Assembly (NCBI GenBank): GCA_963668315.1
Contig: OY764216.1
Location: 2,752,001 to 2,816,000 of the forward strand
Direction of reading: 5' to 3'
DNA from: Spirochaetia bacterium
GTDB taxonomy: Bacteria > Spirochaetota > Spirochaetia > DSM-2461
DNA length: 64,000 nucleotides
The notes under the pieces were generated by a model. The model did not search any database, was not told the origin of the DNA, and saw only the letters and a program-made list of their open reading frames with translations. Of the stretch, positions 29,006 through 39,342 are shown in pieces. Position numbers and translations under genes: made by a program. Positions within the stretch are counted from its first letter, which is position 1, and every line of letters starts with the position of its first letter.

Positions 29006-29890
29006 ATGTCACGGGACAGCGGGGCTTCAGACAATATTAAGAATTTTATGATATTTGCTGCCCCAGCCACATTCATTTTTTTCACAGTCATGATCATCCC
29101 TTTTCTCTACGGATTATTCCTGACATTTACGAACTGGGATGGAATATCCTCGGGTTTTTCCCTCGTCGGATTTGAAAATTATATAAACGTCGTCACCGAT
29201 CCGGAATTCTGGGGATCCTTTTGGATCACGGTAAAGTACGTGTTTATTTCTACCATATTAATCAACTTTATCGGATTTTCACTGGCTTACATACTCTCCA
29301 GGGGGATACCCGCTCAGAGTGTTCTCAGAATGGGATTCTTTATTCCCAATCTTGTGGGAGGTATTCTGGCCGGTTTCATCTGGCGCTTTTTCTTTTCGAA
29401 CGCCCTGGTGTTTATCGGGGAAGCCTTGAACTTCGCCCCTTTGACCACCTCCTGGCTGGGCGATCCCAACAAAGCGTTCTGGTCAATGGTCATTGTCACC
29501 GTCTGGCAATATTCCGGTTACATGATGATTATCTACATCGCCGGATTTATGAATATTCCCAAGGAGCTGATGGAAGCGGCCAGCATAGACGGGGCCAACG
29601 GCGCCGTACGCATGAAGAGCATCGTCATGCCTTTCATGGTGCCTTCTTTCATCGTCTGCGGATTCCTCTCCCTTCAGAGATGTTTCATGGTTTACGATGT
29701 GAACCTCGCCCTGACCGAAGGAGGACCCTACCGGAGCACGGAACTCATATCCATGCACGTCTATCAGCGGGCCTTCCTGACCCAGGACTACGGCGGCGGG
29801 CAGGCCGAGGCGCTGTTCCTCTTTCTTATGGTCGCCCTTATTTCGGTGTCCCAGGTTTATTTCACGAAAAAACTGGAGATAAAAGCATAA
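29006..29890 (+). CDS. Sugar ABC permease (MsmF-like)
   Basis: TFTNWDG, VWQYSGYMMIIYIAG, EAASIDGA. Confidence 0.92.
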   Translation: MSRDSGASDNIKNFMIFAAPATFIFFTVMIIPFLYGLFLTFTNWDGISSGFSLVGFENYINVVTDPEFWGSFWITVKYVFISTILINFIGFSLAYILSRGIPAQSVLRMGFFIPNLVGGILAGFIWRFFFSNALVFIGEALNFAPLTTSWLGDPNKAFWSMVIVTVWQYSGYMMIIYIAGFMNIPKELMEAASIDGANGAVRMKSIVMPFMVPSFIVCGFLSLQRCFMVYDVNLALTEGGPYRSTELISMHVYQRAFLTQDYGGGQAEALFLFLMVALISVSQVYFTKKLEIKA

Positions 29891-30705
29891 TGAAAACAAA
29901 AAATATCGGCGTAACGGTCATTGTGACGATCATCTGCCTTCTCTTTGTCTGGCCCTTCGTATTCGTCATACTCAACTCTTTCAAATCGACCAGGGATTTC
30001 CTCCTGAATCCCGTGACCTTTCCCAAGGCTCTGGATTTTACCAATTACGTGCAAGCCGCGGACAAAATGCACTTTTTCTCGAGTTTCACGAACTCTCTGA
30101 TCATCACGGTCATCAGTATTTTTCTCATCACCCTGATAGCATCCATGACCGCCTGGTTTTTCGTGAGGAACAACTGGAAGATAAATCAGTATATTTTCCT
30201 TCTGATGATCGCTTCCATGATCATCCCTTTCCAGGCAATCATGATTCCCCTCGTTCAGATCTACGGATCTCTGAACATGCTCAACAGCAAGTGGTCCCTC
30301 ATCTATATGTATGTCGGCTTCGGTGTGAACCTGGCGGTATTCATGTACCACGGTTTCCTCAAATCCGTTCCCCTGGAACTGGAGGAAGCGGCCTTTATCG
30401 ACGGCTGTTCCCGCTGGCAGATCTTCATAAAAATCGTCTTCCCCATGCTTAAGACCATATCGGTGACAATTCTGATTCTTGATATGCTCTGGATATGGAA
30501 CGACTTCCTTCTTCCCAGTCTGGTGCTTATTTCCCCGGCGGAAAGGACTCTTCCCCTGTCAACCTTTGTCTTTATGGGGACCTATACGGTTAAATACGGA
30601 CTTTTAATGGCCGGTCTCATGATGACGGTTCTGCCTGTGCTCATCGTCTACCTGTTCCTTCAGAAGCAGATTATTTCCGGTATTGCGCAGGGAGCCATCA
30701 AATAG
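29890..30705 (+). CDS. Sugar ABC permease (MsmG-like)
   Basis: IIPFQAIMIPL, EAAFIDGC, WNDFLLP; TAATG overlap. Confidence 0.92.
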   Translation: MKTKNIGVTVIVTIICLLFVWPFVFVILNSFKSTRDFLLNPVTFPKALDFTNYVQAADKMHFFSSFTNSLIITVISIFLITLIASMTAWFFVRNNWKINQYIFLLMIASMIIPFQAIMIPLVQIYGSLNMLNSKWSLIYMYVGFGVNLAVFMYHGFLKSVPLELEEAAFIDGCSRWQIFIKIVFPMLKTISVTILILDMLWIWNDFLLPSLVLISPAERTLPLSTFVFMGTYTVKYGLLMAGLMMTVLPVLIVYLFLQKQIISGIAQGAIK

Positions 30706-30706
30706 A

Positions 30707-32767
30707 ATGACCGAAGAATGTAAAAATCCTCAGGCGATGCTGCGGGGACGGCAGGTGCACCTGGATTTCCATACCAGCGAGGCTATCGAAGGGATAGCTT
30801 CGCAGTTTGACGCCCCTTCTTTCGCCCGGACACTTTCCCGGGCGAATGTTGATTCGGTGACCTGTTTCGCCCGGTGCCATCACGGCTGGCTCTACTACGA
30901 TTCCCAGACTTATCCTCAGAATGTTCATCCCCATCTGGAGAACAGGAACCTTCTGAAGGAGCAGATCGAGGCGTGCCATAAGGAGAATATCCGCGTACCG
31001 ATCTATATCACCGTGCAGTTCGATCACCTGATCGCCGCGGAACATCCGGAATGGACGATCCTCTCCCCCGAGGGTGAACTCTACGAGACGAAGCCCTTCG
31101 AAGCGGGTTTCTACCGGTATCTCTGCCTCAATACGCCCTACACGGAGTATGTGAAGAAGATAACCGGGGAAGTCCTGGATACCTTACCGGTGGACGGGCT
31201 TTTCTTTGACATTATCTTTTACCGGGAGTGTGTCTGCCGCCACTGCGTGGAGGGGATGCTCAAGAAGGGATACGATCCGGAGAAAAAATCGGACCGTATG
31301 GCTTATAACCGGGAAGTGATATCCCGTTTCTGCCATGAGATGACCTCCTTTATCCGGGAGAAGAACAAAGACTGCACGATTTTTTACAACAGCAGTCACA
31401 TCGGCCCCCGGTCGAATGAGCTGAAGAACGCCTATTCCCACTTCGAAATTGAATCGCTGCCGGCGGGTGACTGGGGATACATACACTTTCCCTACACCTC
31501 CCGCTATACGAGAACTCTTGAGAAGCCCTTTCTGGGGATGACCGGAAAATTCCATACCTGCTGGGGGGATTTCCACTCCCTTAAGAATCAGGCCGCCCTG
31601 GAATACGAGTGCTTCACCATGCTCTCCCTGGGAGGGGGGTGCTCCATAGGCGATCAGCTTCTGCCGGGGGGCGCCCTTAATGAAGAGACCTATGACCTCA
31701 TAGGAAGCGTCTACGAAAGCGTGAAGGCCAAGGAACCCTGGTGCGTGAATTCCGAAGCGTTGACCGATATGGCCATACTCACTTCCGAAGAGGGGAGGGA
31801 CGGTCATATCATTCTTCCCGAGGATATGCTGGGAGCGGTGCGCATGCTTGAGGAGCTGGGCCATCAGTTCGATATTATTGATTCCTATGCCGATTTTTCC
31901 GCCTACGGGCTGATTATTCTGCCCGACAACGTGTCCGTGAGAGAGGATACGGCGGTAAAGCTTCGGGACTACGCGGATAAAGGGGGAAAACTTCTGGGGC
32001 TTTTCGAATCCATCATGGAGAAGAAAGAACTTGCCGCCCTTTTCCAGGTGGAGGAGGAGGAAACCCAGCCCCTGACGAAGGACGGCATTCCCAAAAGAAA
32101 CGTGATCCCCGGGGAAAGAAACGAGTACGCCGAGTACCTGAAGATGGAAAAGGACAGCCCCTTCGCCGCCGGTCTGAAAGACACCGAATACGTTCAGTAC
32201 CGCAAGGGATACAAAGTCCGTTCCCTCGAAAACGGCAGCGCCCATACGGAAGGATGGACGGTGCTTTCCCATTTCGACCGGGACTGGCGCCATTTCTGTT
32301 CCCATAAGCAGACGCCCTCCTCCGGGAAAGTGGAAGGACCGGCCGTTGTGAGGGCCGGGAATAGGGTATATCTTTCCCATCCCCACTTCTCCCTCTATTA
32401 CCAGAGGGCGCCCCGGTGGAGCAAGGTCCTGGTGGGTAACGCTCTGGATTACCTGCTGGAAACGCCGCTTGTCAGACATGACGGCCCCTCCTCCCTGCGG
32501 GTGCAGCTCAGAGTACAGAAGAACGAAGGGGGAAGAAAGATCCTCCATCTGCTTCATTACATACCCGAAAGAAGAGGAAAGGAATTTGATATTGTGGAAG
32601 ATGTCATTCCCTTATATGATATAAATATAACGATTCGGTGCGGCGAGAAGCCTTCCCTGGTGAAGACGGTCCCCGAAGAAAGGGAGCTGGATTGGGATCA
32701 TGACGGCATCTGCCTGAATTTTACCGTTCCGGAAATTAACGGTCATACCATGATATCGATAGAGTAG
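30707..32767 (+). CDS. GH151-like / GHL6 glycoside hydrolase with a beta-galactosidase trimerisation-like domain
   Basis: RQVHLDFHTS, FARCHHG, VDGLFFDI, HFEIESLP..WGY, GMTGKFH..WGDF. Confidence 0.75.
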   Translation: MTEECKNPQAMLRGRQVHLDFHTSEAIEGIASQFDAPSFARTLSRANVDSVTCFARCHHGWLYYDSQTYPQNVHPHLENRNLLKEQIEACHKENIRVPIYITVQFDHLIAAEHPEWTILSPEGELYETKPFEAGFYRYLCLNTPYTEYVKKITGEVLDTLPVDGLFFDIIFYRECVCRHCVEGMLKKGYDPEKKSDRMAYNREVISRFCHEMTSFIREKNKDCTIFYNSSHIGPRSNELKNAYSHFEIESLPAGDWGYIHFPYTSRYTRTLEKPFLGMTGKFHTCWGDFHSLKNQAALEYECFTMLSLGGGCSIGDQLLPGGALNEETYDLIGSVYESVKAKEPWCVNSEALTDMAILTSEEGRDGHIILPEDMLGAVRMLEELGHQFDIIDSYADFSAYGLIILPDNVSVREDTAVKLRDYADKGGKLLGLFESIMEKKELAALFQVEEEETQPLTKDGIPKRNVIPGERNEYAEYLKMEKDSPFAAGLKDTEYVQYRKGYKVRSLENGSAHTEGWTVLSHFDRDWRHFCSHKQTPSSGKVEGPAVVRAGNRVYLSHPHFSLYYQRAPRWSKVLVGNALDYLLETPLVRHDGPSSLRVQLRVQKNEGGRKILHLLHYIPERRGKEFDIVEDVIPLYDINITIRCGEKPSLVKTVPEERELDWDHDGICLNFTVPEINGHTMISIE

Positions 32768-32780
32768 ACAGGAAAAAACA

Positions 32781-34238
32781 ATGGATGCACAGAAAAATAT
32801 TACAAACCAAATAATGCTTATCACCTATGCCGATTCGCTGGGAAATAATCTCAAGGATCTGACTTCCGTTCTGGACAGGTGGTATAAAGGGGCCATAGGG
32901 GGTGTTCATATCCTTCCCTTTTTCCCTTCCTCCGGAGACCGGGGATTCGCCCCCGAGCGCTACGATATGATCCTTTCCGATTTCGGCACATGGGACGACG
33001 TGGAAAAACTGAGCAGGGACTACTACCTGATGTTTGACTTCATGATCAATCATATTTCCCGCCAGTCACCCTATTTTCTGGATTATCAGGAAAAACATAA
33101 CGAATCGGAGTGGAAGGACCTCTTCCTCCAGGTGGAAAAAGCCTGGGACGGCCGGATGCCCACCGCCGAAGAGATCGACCTCATCTACAAGAGAAAGGAT
33201 AAGCCGCCCTTCGAAGAGATCCGCTTCAAGGATAATGAGACCGAATCCCTCTGGTGTACCTTCAGCGAGGAGCAGATGGATATCGACGTCAACAGCGGTG
33301 TATCCAGAAAGTTCATTGAAGGCACCCTGAAGGATCTGGTGAAGAAGGGCGCCGCCATTGTACGGCTTGACGCATTCGCCTACTGCATCAAGAAATCCGG
33401 CACGGACTGCTTTTTCGTGAAGCCGGAGATCTGGGACTATCTGAAGGGGATCCAGGCGACGGTGGAAGCCGAAGGGGCCATGATTCTTCCCGAAATCCAT
33501 GAGCACTACTCCATCCAGATGGAGCTGGCCGAGCAGGATTTCTGGGTCTATGACTTCGCCCTGCCCATGCTCGTTCTCCATACCCTCTATACGGGAAGCG
33601 CCGCCCGGCTCAAGCACTGGCTGGAGATCTGTCCGCGCAAGCAGTTCACCACTCTGGATACCCATGACGGCATAGGCGTGGTCGATGTAAAGGATCTGAT
33701 GTCCGATGAGGAAATCGACAATGCCATGGCTTCCCTATACGAGATAGGCGCCAATGTCAAAAAGAAGTACAGTTCCGCCGAGTATAACAATCTGGATATC
33801 TATCAGATCAACTGCACCTACTATTCGGCCCTGGGAAATGACGATGACAAATATCTGCTGGCCCGGGCGATCCAGTTCTTCGCTCCCGGAATCCCCCAGG
33901 TCTACTATGTGGGCCTTCTGGCCGGTGAGAATGATATCGAACTGCTGGAAAAGACGAAAAACGGACGGGATATCAACCGCCATTACTACACCCTCGATGA
34001 GATTGAGAAGAACCAGGAGAGGGCTCTGATCAAAAAGCTTAACGGGTTAATGAGATTCCGGAACAGCCATCCCGCCTTTGAAGGAAGCTGTGAAATCATG
34101 CCCTCCGACGAAGCCAGCCTGGTTATCCGGCGGCAGGAAGGAGAACATTTCGCCGAGCTGAGTGCCGATCTTGGCGATTTCAGTTTTACCGTTACCTACT
34201 CCGATGAGACAAAGTCTCAGCAGAAACTGACCATATAG
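32781..34238 (+). CDS. gtfA: Sucrose phosphorylase (GH13_18)
   Basis: MLITYADSLG, RLDAFAY, PEIHEHY, TLDTHDGIG; acceptor loops IYKRKDK and YNNLDIYQ match true sucrose phosphorylases. Confidence 0.92.
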   Translation: MDAQKNITNQIMLITYADSLGNNLKDLTSVLDRWYKGAIGGVHILPFFPSSGDRGFAPERYDMILSDFGTWDDVEKLSRDYYLMFDFMINHISRQSPYFLDYQEKHNESEWKDLFLQVEKAWDGRMPTAEEIDLIYKRKDKPPFEEIRFKDNETESLWCTFSEEQMDIDVNSGVSRKFIEGTLKDLVKKGAAIVRLDAFAYCIKKSGTDCFFVKPEIWDYLKGIQATVEAEGAMILPEIHEHYSIQMELAEQDFWVYDFALPMLVLHTLYTGSAARLKHWLEICPRKQFTTLDTHDGIGVVDVKDLMSDEEIDNAMASLYEIGANVKKKYSSAEYNNLDIYQINCTYYSALGNDDDKYLLARAIQFFAPGIPQVYYVGLLAGENDIELLEKTKNGRDINRHYYTLDEIEKNQERALIKKLNGLMRFRNSHPAFEGSCEIMPSDEASLVIRRQEGEHFAELSADLGDFSFTVTYSDETKSQQKLTI

Positions 34239-34249
34239 GAGGGAGAAAC

Positions 34250-35029
34250 ATGGCCGTATTTCAATGTAACTTTCGATCGACCTATCTGCTCGGACACAGT
34301 CAGATCCATGCTATCATACCCGCCCAGTGGGAGGATGACGGTGTCCACCTGGACCACTCTTACTATCCCGAGGAGAAGCAGTACCGTACCCTTTACCTGT
34401 TCCACGGCTACACCGGTGACGACAGCGACTGGATCAGGGGATCGGGCATAGAGCGCTATGCCGAGGAGAATGACCTGGCCGTGATCATGCCCAACTGCCG
34501 GAACAGTTTCTATTCCGATTACGGTCCGGGGCACAGGTATTTCAGCTATGTCGTTTCGGAAATCGTCCCCTTCGCGGAGAAAATGTTTCCCCTCCTCAAA
34601 GGGCGGGAAAACCGGTTTACCGCCGGGCTGTCCATGGGGGGATACGGGGCTTTCAAAATCGCCATGTCCCGGCCTGATCTTTTCAGCGCCGCCGCCAGCC
34701 TTTCCGGTGCGTTGGATATCAAACGCATCGTTTCGGGCGATTCCACGGCGAAAATCGATTTTACCTCACTTTTCGGGGATTTGAGTAAAATAGGGGAGAG
34801 CGATCACGATCTCTACCGGCTCATGGAAAAGCAGGGAGAGGCCTTGGGGGAGATGAAATTCTATCAGGCCTGCGGCACGGAGGATTTCCTTTATGATATG
34901 AACCGGGATTTCAAGGCTCATATGGAAAGATCCGGCCTCGATTACACCTACTCCGAAGGTCCCGGAGGACACGAATGGAACTTCTGGGACGATCAGATTC
35001 AAAAAGTCATGAAGTGGATTAACCGCTGA
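34250..35029 (+). CDS. Alpha/beta-hydrolase esterase (CE1/tributyrin esterase-like)
   Basis: LYLFHG, GLSMGG nucleophile elbow, CGTEDFL, GGHEWNFW. Confidence 0.88.
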   Translation: MAVFQCNFRSTYLLGHSQIHAIIPAQWEDDGVHLDHSYYPEEKQYRTLYLFHGYTGDDSDWIRGSGIERYAEENDLAVIMPNCRNSFYSDYGPGHRYFSYVVSEIVPFAEKMFPLLKGRENRFTAGLSMGGYGAFKIAMSRPDLFSAAASLSGALDIKRIVSGDSTAKIDFTSLFGDLSKIGESDHDLYRLMEKQGEALGEMKFYQACGTEDFLYDMNRDFKAHMERSGLDYTYSEGPGGHEWNFWDDQIQKVMKWINR

Positions 35030-35040
35030 CACGGGAAAAA

Positions 35041-36513
35041 ATGAAAAGCAAAGAGGAAGAACGGGGGGCAGAAGGCTCTCGGAAAATCAGAGATTTGCAA
35101 AGTTCGCTGAAAAAGAGAAATCGGACCGCCGAAAACGACCCGGCGAGGCCTCTCTGCCATTTCATCCCTCCCGCCGGCTGGATAAACGATCCCAACGGGA
35201 CAATCTGGCACGGCGGATATTACCATCTATTTTATCAGCACAACCCCCATGACGATGTCTGGGGAACTATCCATTGGGGGCACGGAAGATCCCGAAATCT
35301 GGTGGATTGGGAGTATCTGCCCACCGCCCTTATTCCCGACGGCGCCACGGGAGAGACGTCCTGTTTCTCCGGCTGCTGCGCCGTCACGCCCGCCGGTATA
35401 CCCGCCATCCTTTATACCAGCGTCGCCCGCGATCCCGGTGAGACTCCCTGGGATCAGCGTCTCCTCTTTTCCGATGATGACTTGATCGAGTGGAGAAAGG
35501 GGGCCGGTCATCCCGTACTGGATCTCCGGACCCACGGGGGACCGGAAATCGAGGGCGACTGGCGCGATCCCTATCTCTTTTCTGCCGAAGGAAAACATTT
35601 TCTCCTTCTCGGGGCGAGGCTGACAAAAGAGAAAGGGGGCGATTCGGTCGTTCTTCTCTATGAGTCGGCGGACGATCACTTTCTCCATTGGGAGTACAAA
35701 TCGATTCTTATCAGACGCCCGAGGTACGAAATCGAATTTTTCGAATGTCCCAATCTCATTCAGTTCCGGAACCGGTGGCTTCTCCTGACTTCAACCTACC
35801 GGACTGTCGAGTATTACGCCGGAGATTTCGATGCCGAGAGGGGCTCCTTTTCTCCGGTAAGCCACGGCGAGCTGGACGGGGGCGTGGAACTGTATGCCAC
35901 CAATACCGCCCTTTCCCCGGACGGGAGAACAATCCTGTTCGCCTGGATGCGCGGCTTCAACGAAAGGAACGGCTGGTGCGGCCAGATGGTTTTTCCCCGC
36001 GAGCTCTCCCTTGATGAAAAAGGAACTCCCCGGCAGAAACCGGCCGCCGAGATCGCCGAACTCCGCAAGAACCATGTTTCCCTGGAAAGACAGACTATTA
36101 CCGAAGAGAGAATTTACCCCCCAGAGGGAGTCTCCGATTCTCCTCTGGAAGTCCAGGGCCATTTTACGCTGGGAAATTCGGCCATCCTTGAAATCGGCCT
36201 GTCCCGGGAGCCGGAGGAAAAGCCTGCCTTTACCATCCGCTTTGACGGCCGTTTTCTGGATGTGGGGGGAACCCGAACCTATTACGCCGCCGGAGATCCG
36301 GTTCTCACCTTCGATATTCATATCATTGTGGACCGGGGGATCATCGAAGTTTTCCTGGACGGTGGACGGAAAGTGGTTTCCCGGGGACTCTGGGGAGAGG
36401 GACCGGGAAGGTGTGTTTCCCTCAGAACATTGAATGGTACGGCAGCCTTGGAATCCATGGAGCTGTGGACTTTACGGGAGGGGCAAAGAAAATTCGCCCC
36501 CGATTCAGTTTAA
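35041..36513 (+). CDS. Beta-fructofuranosidase, GH32
   Basis: WINDPNG, WGH, FSG, RDP, EC catalytic motifs. Confidence 0.93.
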   Translation: MKSKEEERGAEGSRKIRDLQSSLKKRNRTAENDPARPLCHFIPPAGWINDPNGTIWHGGYYHLFYQHNPHDDVWGTIHWGHGRSRNLVDWEYLPTALIPDGATGETSCFSGCCAVTPAGIPAILYTSVARDPGETPWDQRLLFSDDDLIEWRKGAGHPVLDLRTHGGPEIEGDWRDPYLFSAEGKHFLLLGARLTKEKGGDSVVLLYESADDHFLHWEYKSILIRRPRYEIEFFECPNLIQFRNRWLLLTSTYRTVEYYAGDFDAERGSFSPVSHGELDGGVELYATNTALSPDGRTILFAWMRGFNERNGWCGQMVFPRELSLDEKGTPRQKPAAEIAELRKNHVSLERQTITEERIYPPEGVSDSPLEVQGHFTLGNSAILEIGLSREPEEKPAFTIRFDGRFLDVGGTRTYYAAGDPVLTFDIHIIVDRGIIEVFLDGGRKVVSRGLWGEGPGRCVSLRTLNGTAALESMELWTLREGQRKFAPDSV

Positions 36514-36528
36514 AAAAGGAAGAATCAT

Positions 36529-37602
36529 ATGAGAGGATTATCCCTGTTCCGCGATGAGGAGACCCGTTCGATCAATGCAGAAAATCCGGAAGGCAGAAAA
36601 GGCTTCGGCGGACAGGCCGTCAGCCCCCTGGGCAAAGGCCGCAAAGGGAGGCCCAATATCACCCTGCCCCGGGGAGAAACCGTCACTCTGGCGGATATTA
36701 CCGAAGGTCCGGGAGAGATCCGCCATATCTGGATGACCGTGACGGACCAAACGGAAAACTACCCCTTTGTACTGAGGAATCTCATTCTGCGGATGTACTG
36801 GGACAACGAGGAAAAGCCCAGCGTGGAAGTGCCCCTGGGTGACTTCTTCTGCAACGGCTTCGCCGTTAAAACCCCGGTCTACTCCGAACCGGTCAGCGTT
36901 ATTCCCCACGGAGGGTTCAACTGCTATTTTCCCATGCCCTTTAAAAAACGGGCGAAAATCACCATCGAGAATCAGCATCAGGAACGTATCACCGACTTCT
37001 TTTTTCAGATCGATTATGCCCTGGTCGGAGAAGCCGTCCCGGATTCCCTCTATTTTCATGCCCAGTGGAGACGTCAGCCCGTCACGGAACTGAAGAAGGA
37101 TTACGCCATCCTCGACGGAGTGCGGGGAAAGGGCCATCTCGCCGGGATCTACCTGGGGATAGCTCCTCTGGAGAGAAACTGGTACGGCGAGGGAGAAGTC
37201 AAGTTCTTCATCGACGGGGATGACGAGTTTCCCACGATCTGCGGCACCGGCGTGGAAGACTATTTCGGCGGCGCCTGGGGGTTCGTGGAGAATCCCGGGG
37301 AGACCGAGCAGACCTATCATTCCCCCTATCTGGGCCATCCCTACCTGAACAATCCGGGAAACTGCCGGGGAAACGGCTTTGACGACGTGTTCGTTCCCAT
37401 GAGAAGTTTCTACCGCTGGCATATCCCCGATCCCGTCTGCTTTAAGGAGGATATCCGCATCACCGTGCAGCAGATCGGGCTGACCGGGAACGGCCTTTAC
37501 GAGCGGCAGGATGATTACTGCTCCACGGCCTACTGGTACCAGAGCGAACCGCACACCGATTTTCCCCCTCTGCCCGACCGGGAAGGGCGGCGTCCGAGAT
37601 AG
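36529..37602 (+). CDS. GH172 (DUF2961) alpha-D-fructofuranosidase/arabinofuranosidase or difructose dianhydride hydrolase-like
   Basis: GPGEIRHIWMT, PSVEVPLGDFF, NCYFPMPF, WYGEGE, GTGVEDYFGGAW, YRWH. Confidence 0.88.
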   Translation: MRGLSLFRDEETRSINAENPEGRKGFGGQAVSPLGKGRKGRPNITLPRGETVTLADITEGPGEIRHIWMTVTDQTENYPFVLRNLILRMYWDNEEKPSVEVPLGDFFCNGFAVKTPVYSEPVSVIPHGGFNCYFPMPFKKRAKITIENQHQERITDFFFQIDYALVGEAVPDSLYFHAQWRRQPVTELKKDYAILDGVRGKGHLAGIYLGIAPLERNWYGEGEVKFFIDGDDEFPTICGTGVEDYFGGAWGFVENPGETEQTYHSPYLGHPYLNNPGNCRGNGFDDVFVPMRSFYRWHIPDPVCFKEDIRITVQQIGLTGNGLYERQDDYCSTAYWYQSEPHTDFPPLPDREGRRPR

Positions 37603-37662
37603 GTACTTTCTTAAGGGAAAGTGACCGGATTATTGAAAAGATTGAATCATAAGGAGATCATT

Positions 37663-39339
37663 ATGAAAAAGACATGGTGGAAAGAAGGAATTGTCTATCA
37701 GATATACCCGAGAAGTTTTATGGATGCCAACGGCGACGGCATAGGCGATTTCCGGGGTATAATCGATAAGCTGGATTATCTGGAGGAGCTGGGCATCACG
37801 ATCATCTGGCTGAATCCGGTCTACCAGTCCCCCAACGATGACAACGGCTACGACATAAGCGACTACCAGCAGACCATGAAGGAGTTCGGAACCCTGGAGG
37901 ACTGGCAGGAACTTCTCGATAAGCTCCACGCCCGGGGCATCAGGCTGATTATGGACCTGGTTGTGAACCACTCCTCAGACGAGCACGCCTGGTTCGTGGA
38001 ATCGAAAAAAGGGAAGGACAACCCCTACCGGGACTATTACATCTGGAAGGACCCGAAGATCGACAGCCAAGGTAAACCCGTTCCTCCCAATAACTGGCGA
38101 TCCTCGTTCAGCGGGTCGGCCTGGGAATTCGACGAGCCGTCCGGTCAGTATTACCTCCATCTGTTCTCGAAGAAACAGCCCGATATGAACTGGGAGAACC
38201 GGAAGCTCCGGGACGAAGTTTTCAACATGATGAACTGGTGGTTCGACAAGGGGATAGACGGATTCCGCATGGATGTTATCAACCTGATTTCCAAATATCC
38301 CGAATATGCCGATTTTGATTATTCCCCCGACAGAAAGCCGGAGTGGGAGCAGAAAACCTATATCAACGGCCCCCGGATGCACGAGTTCCTCAAGGAGATG
38401 AACAGCAAGTGCATGAGCCATTACGATGTCTTCACCGTGGGCGAATGCTTTGCCACCCCCCCCGATGTGGCAGAGAAGCTCGTCGGGGCCGACCAGAACG
38501 AGCTGGACATGATTTTCCAGATGGAGCATGTCCAGCTGGGGGAGGGCCCCGGAGGCAAGTGGGATATCCAGCCCTGGAAGCTTTCGGATATGAAAAAGAT
38601 TCTTGCCAAGTGGGACGGAGTAATGCAGAACTGCGGCGGTTGGAACAGCCAGTTCCTTATGAATCACGATCAGCCCCGTTCCCTCTCCCGCTATGCCGAT
38701 GACGGCGAGTACCGGGAAATCAGCGCGAAAATGCTCGCTGTTTTTCTTTTGACTCTTCGGGGCACCCCCTTTATCTATCAGGGGGAGGAAATCGGTATGA
38801 CCAATATTCCCGTCAGCGACATCAAGGATTACCGCGATATTGAGATCCTGAACCACTATAAAGAGGCGACGGCCCGGGGGGAAGATCCCGAAGAGCTAAT
38901 GAAAGCTTATAACAAGGTGGGACGGGACAATGCCCGTACTCCCATGCAGTGGAACGCCGGGCAGAATGCAGGTTTCTCCACGGCAGAACCCTGGCTAATG
39001 GTCAATCCCAACTATAAAGAGATCAACGTGGAAGCCAACAGGGCCGACTCCGATTCGGTTCTGAGTTTTTACAAAAAAATGATCCGCTTCAGGAAGGATA
39101 ACCCCACCCTCGTCTACGGAGAGTTCGAACTGGCCTGTCCCGAAGACGAGGCGGTATTCGCCCATTACCGAACCGATGGGGAAGCCTCCTTTTTTGTGGC
39201 CAGTAATTTTTCCGGCAAGGAGCAGTCTCTCGATTTTGAATCGGATAAGTACGACCTGGTTATACAGAACTATCCCGGCAAAGAGAGCGATCCCGCCCGG
39301 CTCAGGCCCTATGAGGCCCGTGTCTACCGCCTCAGCTGA
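37663..39339 (+). CDS. Oligo-1,6-glucosidase / alpha-glucosidase, GH13
   Basis: YQIYPRSF, DLVVNH, QPDMNW, GFRMDVI, TVGE, NHD, RDNARTPMQW; RBS AAGGAG. Confidence 0.92.
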   Translation: MKKTWWKEGIVYQIYPRSFMDANGDGIGDFRGIIDKLDYLEELGITIIWLNPVYQSPNDDNGYDISDYQQTMKEFGTLEDWQELLDKLHARGIRLIMDLVVNHSSDEHAWFVESKKGKDNPYRDYYIWKDPKIDSQGKPVPPNNWRSSFSGSAWEFDEPSGQYYLHLFSKKQPDMNWENRKLRDEVFNMMNWWFDKGIDGFRMDVINLISKYPEYADFDYSPDRKPEWEQKTYINGPRMHEFLKEMNSKCMSHYDVFTVGECFATPPDVAEKLVGADQNELDMIFQMEHVQLGEGPGGKWDIQPWKLSDMKKILAKWDGVMQNCGGWNSQFLMNHDQPRSLSRYADDGEYREISAKMLAVFLLTLRGTPFIYQGEEIGMTNIPVSDIKDYRDIEILNHYKEATARGEDPEELMKAYNKVGRDNARTPMQWNAGQNAGFSTAEPWLMVNPNYKEINVEANRADSDSVLSFYKKMIRFRKDNPTLVYGEFELACPEDEAVFAHYRTDGEASFFVASNFSGKEQSLDFESDKYDLVIQNYPGKESDPARLRPYEARVYRLS

Positions 39340-39342
39340 GTT

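Noticed and set aside
29221..30705. 494-aa ORF suggesting a long fused permease
   Set aside because: The N-terminal part is an off-frame overlap with the upstream permease; the real start is the ATG at 29890
32781..34238. Alternative GH13_18 specificity (glucosylglycerate, glucosylglycerol or sucrose-6'-phosphate phosphorylase)
   Set aside because: Loops YKRKDK and NLDIYQ match classical sucrose phosphorylases
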